From NCBI GenBank assembly GCA_024137785.1, contig JAHRHZ010000056.1, positions 17,280,341 to 17,344,340 on the forward strand: a DNA stretch of 64,000 nucleotides, given 5' to 3'. A program made the position numbers and the translations under genes. Origin of the DNA: Ginglymostoma cirratum (lineage: Eukaryota). Every line of letters begins with the position of its first letter. Position 1 is the first letter of the stretch. The notes under the pieces are model-generated. The model had not been told where the DNA came from. It saw only the letters and a list, made by a program, of their open reading frames with translations, and ran no database searches. Of this stretch, positions 13,860 to 24,870 are shown piece after piece.

Positions 13860-14400
13860 TATTCACTTATGGGTCTTGGATGTCACTGGCTGGGCCAGCA
13901 TTTATTGCCCATCCTTAGTTGCCCTTGAAGGTGATGGTAAGCTGCCTACCTGAACCGATTTGTGCATTTGCTAACAGCACGTTAAAATGCCATTATGTAG
14001 GAAATTTGAGGATTTTGACCCAGAGACACTGAAGGAACAGCAATATTTCCAAGGCAGGGTAGTGGGTGGCTTGGAGGAGAACTTGCAGTTGCTGCTTTTC
14101 CCATTATCTGCTGCCCTTGTCCTTCTAGATGGAAATGGTTGTGGGTTTGTAAAGTGTTGTCTAAGGATCATTAATGAATTTCCACAGTGTGTCTTGTAGC
14201 TGGTAACCTGCTGCTATTGAGCATTGATGATGAAGAGTGAATGTTCATGGAAGTGGTGCCAATCAAATGGGCTGCTATGTCCTGGATGGTGTGAAGCTTC
14301 TCGAGTGTTGTTGGAGCAGCACTCCTCCAAAGTAAGTGGGGCATATTCTGTCATACTCCTACTTGTGATTGCAATCTGGGTGTATGTACTATTTTGTTTA
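13860..14400 (-). mobile_element. Decayed LINE 3' end (CR1/L2 group) sharing its tail with the tRNA-SINE family
   Basis: similar to 48505-49150; tail ccagcatttattgccc is the reverse complement of the SINE tail gggcaataaat; minus ORF remnant MTEYAPL. Confidence 0.6.
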
Positions 14401-14559
14401 TATGTTTTGGGGCAGTAATTCATCTTGGATTTAAGGTGAGTCACATTTTTAAGAGCCAAAAATGTGATGACTTCAGGGAAATAATACTTGACAATAGCAG
14501 AGCAGCTTTTTGAATACATCCAATCATTAATGTGTTCCTTCCAAAATGTGAGTTCTGTT

Positions 14560-15128
14560 CATTTTGGTAAGTGAAAATAAAATTGGATGTTGAGGTAAAT
14601 TGTGAGAAATCATCAATACGTTGGCTATATGAGAGTTTTGGATGTCCTGTACAAGAGATACAAAGTTGCCAAGGTGGTATGGTAAACGACTGAAGAAAAT
14701 TGTAGATATTTTCCAGTTAACTGGTTTCTGAGTTGTTATTTACACACCTTGGAGAAGGTAGGGCTTGAACTCAGGCCTTCTGGCTCAGGGAAAGGGACAA
14801 CACACTGCAGTATAAGGAAATCTGTATGTTGATTTTCCAACAAGGGAGTTACAGTTAAAGGACAAGGAAGTCTTACAGCAATTGTACAAAAATTTACGAT
14901 GACCACATTTGGTGTACAATATGCAGTTTTGGTCCTTGTATCTAAGGAAGGAAATGCTTGTCTTAGGATAACATCTTTGTTATAGACATCCTATGAGGAG
15001 ACATTGAATAGAATGGGCCTTTTTTAGACGTCTAGGAGTATGTGAAATGGTTTCATCCGTATTGACAGCTCTTGACTTTGGACGCTGTGAGGCTGTTTCT
15101 AACTAGAGAATCTGGAATCACGGGGCTT
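14560..15128 (+). mobile_element. Old CR1 fragment interrupted by a short SINE and a Penelope insertion
   Basis: degenerate CR1 ORF2 sequence (ttgtacaaaa..ccacatttgg..gcagttttggtcc..tatgaggagacattgaataga). Confidence 0.6.
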
Positions 15129-15654
15129 GGTGGCTACCCTGAAGAAGTTACCCTCCTCCCTCCGGACAAACCTCGGGCGAACTCTCTCCCACTGCAACTC
15201 TCTCATAATCTCTTCGACCTTGAAACTGCTCCACCATGTCCTAAAGTAAACCAGGTACTACAGCCACATTACCTTTCTCCTCCACAGCCAGCAGCTCCAG
15301 AGGAGACTGCAACACTGAGCCCTGCTGAGTCTTCACCATCCCCCCTGACCTCCCCTTTACTGAGGACGAATGGTCAGTGCTCAGTAAAGGGCTCACCTTT
15401 GTCCCCCTCCACCCACACATCAACGAATACCGGTCACTCCTGGACGTTGAGCAGTTTTTCCGCCGCCTCAGCCTCCTCTCCACCTATCTTCTCCTCTATC
15501 CATCTTCTATCTGCCTCCCCCTCTCTCCCTGTTTACTTCAGAACCCCCTGCCCGTCCCCCATTTCTGATGGAGGATCTAGGCCCGAAACGTCAAGCTTTC
15601 CTGTTCCTCTGATGCTGCTTGGCCTGCAGTGTTCATCCAGCCCCACACCTTGTT
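15129..15654 (+). mobile_element. Internally deleted Penelope-like element with 12-bp TSD
   Basis: N-terminal ORF remnant RVFTIPPDLPLTEDEWSVLSKGLTFVPLHPHIN..FFRRL fused near 15470 to the same tail as 8580-8760; TSD atcacggggctt at 15117-15128 and 15655-15666. Confidence 0.85.
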
Positions 15655-15699
15655 ATCACGGGGCTTTGGTCTCTGCTTTAGGGCTGAGGGGGGGGGTTG

Positions 15700-16163
15700 C
15701 GTTACGTCTGTTTCTTTCTCCACAGATGCTGAATTTCCCTGTGCTAGTTGCAAACACGAGCGGCTCTGTGTTTAGTGACGAGTCAAACGGGAGAATTGGC
15801 AGTAATAAGCCAGCACTTCCCGATTAATTGTTCCTGAAATCAAAGGAAGCCCGCACGCCTTAGCTCCACCTTCCTTGACCCTCGTCGATTGTCTCGAAGT
15901 CGCCGGGATCTCTATTGGTTATGTTCCTGCGAGCGTCACAAAGGAAACCCCTCCTCTTGCAACTGGCAGTTTCCAAGAAACTCCGCTTCCTGGAAACATC
16001 ACCGTCATACTTTAACAGGCGCTCTGGACAAGAGGATTGGTCGGAGGAACCTTCCATTGCCAGTGTATATATAGATATATATGTGTGCCTGTCCTTTCTC
16101 TCGCTCTCTCCCTCTTCAGTCGCCGCCGTCTCACACTGACGCCTGTTTTGAATACGGGTAAGT
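15700..16163 (+). promoter_or_regulatory. Candidate CpG-rich promoter and non-coding first exon (probably of the PHOSPHO-family gene)
   Basis: local CpG enrichment; inverted CCAAT (attgg) near 15914 and 16036; TA-rich box 16066-16080; pyrimidine run 16088-16116; strong donor cgg|GTAAGT at 16158-16163. The link to the CDS 21 kb downstream is inferred. Confidence 0.55.
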
Positions 16164-16759
16164 AAATTATACCTGCTCCGGGGGAGACCGGGAGAAAGTG
16201 GAGATTTGTCAATGGTTTTTAAAAATTAAAAAGGATTTTCACCCGAATTTTAGCTGTTTGGTTTTGCTCGTATAAAGGTATTTGTAGATCTAGGAATAAA
16301 TCCTTGGCTGATTTGATTCTAGAAGGTCAGTTCCCAGAACAGTGGGTGCGGGAAGATGTTTAAAGTTTCTGTCTTCAAGGTGAACAGAATTCCCGAATTG
16401 ACGTGACAATTACAATGATTCCGCGATGATACCCTTTTAAATCTCCCCATTCATCTAAAGCTTTTTTAACAAATGACATAAGTTAGTGAATTATTTTAGT
16501 GAGTTAGCGAATGTTTCTGGCTCGCTTCCATCAGTCTAACTGTGCCTTACTGTTTATCACAAAGAAATGACAAGCTTGAAGAGAACTGCAATGTCAACAG
16601 CGAATTCTGAAGGGCAGACTGCGCAGATGCTCCCCGCGCGGCAAAAAGCCAGTTCCTGGTTTTCAAATATTCTTCAAAAAAAACCTTCCCTCGAATCCGC
16701 GTTGCAAGGGTATTCCAACGCTAGAATTAGGCAGTTGATTCGATGCTGAGTGCAATCAG

Positions 16760-17058
16760 TCACAGAATCCCTACAGTGTCGAAACAGACTATTCGGCCTA
16801 TATAGTCCACACCAACCCTTCGAAGGGCAGTCCGCCCAGACCCAGCTCCCCTACAATCCTGGCTAATCCACCTAGCCTAGCCAGTCCACCTGACCTGTGC
16901 ATCTCTGGACTGCGAGAGGAAACCAGAGCACCCAGACGAAACCCACGAAGACATGGGGAGAATGTGCAAACTCTACACAGACACTCGCTCAAGGGTAGAA
17001 TCGAACCCAGGTCGTTAGAGCTGTGAGACAGCGGTTCTGCGACCACTGAACCACCGTG
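16760..17058 (-). mobile_element. HE1-type V-SINE
   Basis: reverse complement of the V-domain (gaggaaaccagagcacccagacgaaacccac..ggggagaatgtgcaaact) and tRNA-like head (atcgaacccagg). Confidence 0.85.
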
Positions 17059-18019
17059 TAATCTTTGCGTTGCAGCTGTCAATCATTCTCCACTCCCAGC
17101 ACCCTTTCACACTACACCCCCACCTTATTCAAGACAGCTGTAGGATAATTCTTCAATAATCCATGTCACATCATTTCAGGATACAACACTATTGAGATGT
17201 GCATCTGAGTAAGCGCTGCACAAAGGCTGGCCAGCGGGTGTCACTAAATGAAGTGACTGAAAATTTAGCAACAGTGGTGATTCTTTCTACAGATGTTAAA
17301 TAGCCAGTGTTCTGTATTCCTTTTATTACTGATGTGCAATCGAATTAAAACAAACGAATTTAACGCAATCTGTGATTACCTTTTCACAATCTTAACGTTC
17401 TAATTTCTTCATGACATCTTATTTGCTGTGGTTTTTATGGCACTCTGCAACATTCATCATTGTGACTGCTTTTAGCTGTCCTTCCTCAGATATACAGAAT
17501 GACAGACAGGGATTGATGAAGAGCTAAATTCTCTCTCAGTTTTCTCCAGTTAAGTAATTAAACATGGAACTAACATGTTACTACACAGCAATGCTGTTTA
17601 ATTCTGGTGGTCAAACGTGTATCTGGCTGATGAGATTGAGCTTCAAAGAGCCAGTTCACTTCTGAAGATTTTTATATCCTTTTAGTTGAATATAGCATGT
17701 AGAATAACAGCTATTACTAAGGAGTTCAAAATAGGAGAAATGCTTAATTTGCCAATAATGTTCGCCCCCACAGATTATTGCCATGAAGTTCCCTTATCTG
17801 AAATTGTAAATAACTGCATCTTCTCAATAAAGCTGATAACAACATTGCTAAGAAATTGTTCACAAGGTCAATCACTCGAAGGCTCAGTAATACACCACTG
17901 ACTCAGCAATTTTGTTTATGAAGGGTGGATTGACTGGAACAGTCCAACTTGTGTATATTTCTCTAATCTCTAGCAATCTATTTCCAATAACCTAGGGAGC
18001 TGTGCTCTAGGTGGATATG

Positions 18020-19745
18020 TTACTGTATAATTTCGAGCAGTTCACTAAATGTCGACACAGGAAGAGACAAAGACAAGATTCCAAGGAGAGAATATAGGAA
18101 GGTAGGCAGGAATTTAAAAAGGAAGTCCTCAAGGATGGTAATATCTGGATTACGCCCGGTGCCACAAGCTAGTGAGGGTAGGAATAGGAGGACAGAGCAG
18201 ATGAATGCGTGGCTGAGGACCTGGTGCAGGGGAGAAGGATTCACATTTTTTGGATCATTGGAATGTCTTCTGGAGTAGAAGTGACCTGTATAAGAAGGAT
18301 AGACATGAAATGGAAGGGGACTAATATGCTGGAGAGGTGATTTGCTAGCGCTACTCTGGAGGATTTAAACTAGGAAGGGAGTGGTAGACTCAAGGAGATG
18401 GTGGGGAAAGAGAGCAGTCTGAGACTGATACAGTTGGGAAAAGGAATAAGCTAAACAGTCAGGGCAAGCAGGAACAAAGCAGTGAATGAGGTAGAACTGA
18501 TAAATTAGACTGCATTTATTTTGATGCAAGAGGCCTAATAGGGTAGGCAAAAGAACTGAGGGCACGGTTAGGAACATGGGACTGGGATATTATAGCAGTT
18601 ACAGAGACTTGGATCAGGGATGGACAGGACTGGCAGCTTAATGTTCCATGGTACAGATTCTGTAGGAAGGTTAGAAAAGTGGGGGCGGGCCAAGAGAGGA
18701 GGGAGAGTGGCGTTTTTTGGTTAAAGTATAACATTACTCCTTAAGGAGGATATTCCTTGGAATACATCCAGGGAAGTTATTTGAGTGGAACTGAGAAATA
18801 AGAAAGGATGATCACCTTATTGGGATTGTACTACAGATCCCTCAATAGTCAGTTGGAATTTGAGAAACAAATTTGTAAGGACGTCTCAGTTATCTGTGAG
18901 AATAATAGGGTAGTTATGGTAGGGAGTCTTAATTTTCCAGACATAGACTGGGACTGCCATAGTGTTAAGGGCTCGGATGCAGAGGAGTCTGTTAAGTGTG
19001 CACAAGTAACTTTTCTGATTCAGTATGTGGATGTTCCTACTAGAGAAAGTGCAAAACTTGACATACTCTTGGGGAAATAAGGCAGCGCAGGTGACCGAGG
19101 TGTCACTCGGGGAGCACTTTGGGGCCAGTGACCATAATTCTATCAGTTTTAAAATAGTGATTGAAAAGGATAGACCAGATCTAAAAGTTAAAGTTCTAAA
19201 TTGGAGGAAGGCCAATTTTGACGGCATTAGGCAAGAACTTTTAAAAGTTGATTGGGAGCAGATTTTTGCAGGTAAAGGGATGGCTGGAAAATGGGAAGCC
19301 TTCAAAAATGAGATAATGAAACTAGAGAAATAATATGTTCCTGTTAAGCTGAAGGGCAAGATAGGTAGGTGTAGGGAATGGTGCAAGATTAGAGAAATCG
19401 AGGTTTTGATCAAAAATAAGAAGGAAGCATATGTCAGGTATAGACAGCAAGGATCGACTGAATCCTTACAGTATAAAGTCAGTAGGAGTATATTTAAGAG
19501 GGAAATCAGAAGGACAAAAAGGGGACATGAAATAGCTTTGGCAAATAGGGTTAAGGAAAATCCAAAAGGATTCTATAAATACACTAAGGAGAAAATGGTA
19601 AACAGGGAGAGAGTAGGGCCCCTTAAAGATATGGGCCAAATGTTGGTAAATGGGACTAGATTTAGATAGGATATCTGGTCAGCATAGGCAATTTGGATCA
19701 AAGGATCTGTTTCTGTGCTGTATATCTCTCTAACTCTATGACTCT
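18020..19745 (+). mobile_element. CR1 LINE remnant: ORF1 end and endonuclease region joined to 3' UTR (RT deleted)
   Basis: ORF1-like MNAWLRTWCRGEGFTFLDHW; APE motifs LGLYYRS, MVGSLNFPDIDW, PTRESAKLD, GASDHNSI, NWRKANFD; jump near 19630 into the 3' UTR with (ctctatga)-type tail. Confidence 0.88.
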
Positions 19746-20039
19746 AAATGTCAATTAGAATTGCAGTGCGTACCTTTCTTCCGTAGAAAGGGAAGAACCG
19801 ATGGAATTTTTGGTTTTAAAAAAAGCTTACATGTCCACATATGGCATAATAGATGAAGTATTCAGCACTGCTGAAAAAAAGATGTTGATCAAAGCTTTTT
19901 GTCTTGCACCCATCTGGACAATTTGCAAGAAACACCATTGTAAAGGTTAAAAAGCATTTTATCCAGTGTGAGAAGAGAATGCTGATTGTTTAGCAAGTGT
20001 ATTCTGATTAATAAAGGTGTTAACATAGAGAGTCCAACA

Positions 20040-20290
20040 GTCACAGAGTCATACAGCACTGAAACAAACCCTTCAGGCCAACTCTTCTATGCTGACCAAA
20101 TTTCCCAAATAGTCCCACTTGCCTTTGTTTGGCCCATATCCCTCTAAACCTTTCCCGTCTATGTACGTATCCCAATGTCTTTTAAATATTATAACTGTAC
20201 CCACTTCCTCTGAGAGTTCATTCCATATACAAGCTACCCTCTGTGTGAAAAAGTTGCCCCTCAGGGCCCTTTAAAAATCTTTCTGCTCCC
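20040..20290 (-). mobile_element. CR1 LINE 3' end
   Basis: reverse complement of the 3' region of the CR1 at 41820-42060. Confidence 0.7.
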
Positions 20291-20944
20291 ACTGTATGTT
20301 GACTGACAGTTAACTACCAAGCTTTCTTTAAATATAAACCAGCCAAGTTGACTCTTGATTAGTCATGACATTACCCTGAGAAATGAACCAGTGAATGACT
20401 GCCAGTTATTTTGTTGAAACATGTTAAGTTTGTACACATTATTTCTGTCTCCAAAGAACAGGGCCCTGTGTAATATATGTAGCTTCCAGTATAAGCAAGT
20501 GTGCCACAGTGTGAGCCTGACTGATTATTTTAATTAAATTGTCAGCATAATACTTAACACAGTCAGGATTATGTAGCAAATGTTATCAAAATGTATAATC
20601 TGATATTGGTCACCACATTTTTTAAGTTGTGCATGTGCAAATTGGTTGAGTACAGTCGGTATCTTGCCTTGTAAACTGCAAAGGGATATGTTGTTGGATA
20701 TGATCCTCTAGTTTTTAGCATATTTAGCCTATATACCTGGCATCAGACTGGCAGTGGAGTTTGTATCCCATGTTGTTCATTTATGTGATAGGCAGAACAC
20801 CATGTTGGCTGGACAACAGCATACAGTTATTGACGAGTACCACTTGCATTGCTACTGCATAGTAGCAGCACAAACAGTCATCTTCACTTGTTTCTCAAAC
20901 TTTTGAGATCTTGCCATTTGAGGGTAATCTGACTGGGCATTTAC

Positions 20945-21772
20945 CAACGTAACACACGACAACAACCTATCAATACAGCATTAACTGTCTCACAAACCAT
21001 TAGAACTCAAAAAAAAACCCCAAAGAACTGTAAAAATCAGAAACAAGAACAAAAACAGGACCAAAATTGATGGCATTTCATCCATTCAGAAGTTTTTCTG
21101 GCATACTGTAAGAAATAATTTGATTGAAAAAGCTATTATCCTGCAACATGGCTTTGTGGGTGTAGGGAAGGAGAAGATGTTTCCACTGACAGTTATGTCA
21201 GTGACTTGAAAACGCAGATTGAAGCTAATTGGCGAAAGGACCTGGAGGAAAATGAAGCAAAAAGAAAGTGTTTATTCTATAAGTTGTTATGTTCTGGAAT
21301 GCACTACCTGAAAAGGATTGAATAAACAGATTTAATAGTGGTGTTCAAAAAAATGTTTATGTATACTTTAAATAGAAAGGGAAACAATGGGCATATTAAT
21401 CTCAATGAACAGCCCTCAAAGAGCTGGCACAGTTATTATGGCCAGAACTGACTCTTGTGCCATAAGGTTCTATGTTGATGATTTTGCAACCTATTCTGGA
21501 AATGGAACTTTCAATGCTGAATTTGAGGTTTGACACAAACAAAATCAGAAATTGCTGGAAAAACTCAGCAGTCTGAACTCCAGTTCTGAAGAAAGGACCT
21601 GAAACGTTAACTCTGATTTCTCTCCGCAGATGCTGCCAGACTTGCGGAGTCTTTCCAGCAGTTTCTGTTCTTGTTTCTGATGTCCTCAGTTCTTTTGGGT
21701 TTTTTTTGAGTTTTAATGGTTTGTGAGAAAGTTAATGCATTTATTGATAGGTTGTTGTCATGTGTTACGTTG
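20945..21772. repeat. ~105-bp inverted repeat pair (20945-21050 and 21667-21772)
   Basis: caacgtaacacacgacaacaacctatcaat..atcagaaacaagaac against its reverse complement, with scattered mismatches. Confidence 0.85.
21535..21700 (+). mobile_element. Short Penelope-type terminal remnant with shortened hammerhead motif
   Basis: cagttCTGAAGAaaggacctGAAAcgttaactctg at 21581-21615; flanking inverted cagaaattgctggaaa/tttccagcagtttctg. Confidence 0.65.
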
Positions 21773-22520
21773 CCAGCTCAATAAGAAAGCTTGGTGACTC
21801 TGTGAAGTTTGTGCTGTCCAAACAAGCTACATTAGGTTTTAATAATGATTCTCCCACACTGTAAACTGCAATAAAATTATCTAAACCAGTGTTTTCTTTT
21901 AAAACATTGTTTTAAACACCACCCACATTTAGTGCATTTGAGTGCTTGCAAGGTGTTCCATTTATTTTAGTGCCACACATGAATTGCCCATGTTTTGACA
22001 TAGAAATAGAGGCAGCAGAATGCCACAGCACAATCATTGATTTATTATTCTCTGAGTATCTTTATCTTTGTTATGGCTATTAGACTTCTGATCAGACTCC
22101 CAAGTTTCGAAATGACCGCAGTAGAGAAAATCGAAACAAGTTGCAGATTGGGGCATTTTTAGCATTTTTTCTGGAACTGTTTAGTTTTAAAACAGTCCCA
22201 TAGAATATGAAGCAATTTTCCAATTTTGTTTGACTTCATTCTATAGCTCCAACCACTGCTAATGTTAACAATGGGAATCTTAGTACATTCAGAACTACAT
22301 CTTGAATATATTTCTTGGAGTCCCTCCTTACTGTATTAACTCTATTCTTTTTCTTCGATTTTGTTATAAGAAGTTGATGATTCTACTTGACCTTTAGAAT
22401 GACATCTTCTTCAAAGTACCTTGGGAAAAAAGGTATCCTCCTAGGTAGGTTTCTTGTCATCCATAAAATGCAAGAAACCTGATGAGTAAACAGGGTGTGG
22501 AGCTGCATGAACACAGCAAC

Positions 22521-23338
22521 AATGTTCGAGTCATATATCAATGTTTGGGGAAAGTACTAATGTCCACATAATGTCCACCCGCCATTCATCTTGGAAAGTC
22601 TAAAAGAACAGTGAGTATGTTCAAGAAGGAGCGTCTCTGTTGGAATTTTGTGGATTGTTGCCAAAGCGTTTTGCCAAAAGGTTTTATCTTGGCATGGGTC
22701 CAGCACAAATGATTGATATAGGGCACCCTNNNNNNNNNNNNNNNNNNNNNNNNNNNNNNNNNNNNNNNNNNNNNNNNNNNNNNNNNNNNNNNNNNNNNNN
22801 NNNNNNNNNNNNNNNNNNNNNNNNNNNNNNNNNNNNNNNNNNNNNNNNNNNNNNNNNNNNNNNNNNNNNNNNNNNNNNNNNNNNNNNNNNNNNNNNNNNN
22901 NNNNNNNNNNNNNNNNNNNNNNNNNNNNNNNNNNNNNNNNNNNNNNNNNNNNNNNNNNNNNNNNNNNNNNNNNNNNNNNNNNNNNNNNNNNNNNNNNNNN
23001 NNNNNNNNNNNNNNNNNNNNNNNNNNNNNNNNNNNNNNNNNNNNNNNNNNNNNNNNNNNNNNNNNNNNNNNNNNNNNNNNNNNNNNNNNNNNNNNNNNNN
23101 NNNNNNNNNNNNNNNNNNNNNNNNNNNNNAGGGTGCCCTATATCAATCATTTGTGCTGGACCCATGCCAAGATAAAGCCTTTTGGCAAAACGCTTTGGCA
23201 ACAATCCACAAAATTCCAACAGAGACGCTCCTTCTTGAACATACTCACTGTCCTTGTAGACTTTCCAAGATGAATGGCGGGTGGACATTATGTGGACATT
23301 AGTACTTTCCCCAAACATTGATATATGACTCGAACATT
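22521..23338. repeat. ~209-bp inverted arms flanking a 400-N assembly gap (22730-23129)
   Basis: 22521-22729 is the reverse complement of 23130-23338 apart from three substitutions I could find. Confidence 0.9.
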
Positions 23339-24549
23339 TTCTGCAATGAGCCATTAACAGGGGTGCTGTTTGTGGTATGAATATTTTTGAAGAGGAATAA
23401 AGCCACAAGAATTGGAAAATTGTCAGTTTGAAATTTTTTGTAATCCATTGAAACATACAAAAAAGTCAGTGTTGGTATTGAAGAAAACTTTGCACATCAA
23501 ATGTTGGTTCCTTCCTCTTTTAAACATTGATGGACAAATCCTGTGTTCATTCATTTTATGTCTTTATTTTATTTTGTGCTTTAAAGTCCGAGATGAATTG
23601 ATAAATAGATTAATTGACAGGTAGCTTTAACATTAACGTAGGTTATGAAATGTAGAAGTTGGTTAATATTGTCTTTGACCTGAAGAGAGTTTTTCTTCTA
23701 GCTGCAGGCAATTGTTTCAGAATACTGTTGTGCTGCAGATTGTTTTGAGACGACCATGTGACGGACCAACAGCAGACCTAAGTAGCAGTGACTTGCACTG
23801 AAGTCTACTTCTCAGTCAGATGATTTTTAGTATTTGGATGATTGTCTTCACCGAGCATTAAAAAGGTTAAAACACTTCCAGGTTATCCAATGAATTGTTG
23901 TTCTTCCACATGTTTATAGATCCCAAACAGTCTGTGAAGGCTATGCTATATCTCTTACCTATAAAGAACAAGAAATATGCATCTTTAGTTGGTTAAACCA
24001 ATGACATTTTGGATGATCATTGATAAAAATGTGATGGTATAAAAGCACTGTTAATATCTTTTGTAAGAAAGTTTCACTATAGAATTAAAATTGATGATCT
24101 GTGATGGATGGCACCTCTGAAAATAAACAAAAAATCACCAGTCAATTGCTTCTAAATTTTTTTTTTGTTTTTTTTGTAACAATTCACATTATTCTACAGC
24201 AAGGTTACTGTGTTTGTTCAAAAAAAAGCACAGAACACAAGGGAGAGGCAAAGAAGTAGCCATCCAGCCAAGTCTGAAAGAATAGCTGCAGAGGTTGGAG
24301 CTGAGACAATCAGTAAAGTTTCAGTGTGCTTGTCAGTTGGAGATGGGAGCTGGGGGCCTCCTTGCTATCATATCACAGGATTAAATGGCAGGTGGTCACA
24401 GGGAACAAAGCACTCACTCATGTTGATCTGACGTCAGTAATGATTGACACATGATCACTTGAAACATTCTTACATCAACAGTTCTAAATTATGCCATTCA
24501 GCTGCCACAGGACCTTCAAGCATTCTATGGGAGGACAATGGTTACTATA

Positions 24550-24870
24550 GACATCATAAAATCCCTACACTGTGGAAGCAGGCAATTCGGCCCATTGAGT
24601 CTACACAAACCCTCCAAAGAGCGTCCCACCCAGACCTCCCTCTACTCCCCCTCCCCCTGCATATCCCTTGGCTAACCCACCTAGCCTGCACATCCCTGAA
24701 TAATATGGACAATTTAGCATGGCCAATCCACCTAACCTTCACATCTTTGGACTTTGGGAGAAAACAGGAAAACCCAGAGGAAACCCATGCAGACAGTCAC
24801 CTGAGGGTGGAATCGAACCTGGGTCCTTGGTGCTATGAGGCAGTAGTACTAACCAATGAGCCACCCTGTC
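24550..24870 (-). mobile_element. HE1-type V-SINE
   Basis: same family as 16760-17058 and 60220-60502 (ggcaatttagcatggccaatccacctaacc-like segment, gaatcgaacctggg). Confidence 0.85.

Noticed and set aside
15072-15827. 251-aa ORF
   Set aside because: Off-frame read through CR1, Penelope and promoter sequence; low-complexity Pro/Ser; no domain
22557-23456. Long ORFs crossing the first gap (and those at 33328-34115 crossing the second)
   Set aside because: Artefacts of translating N runs
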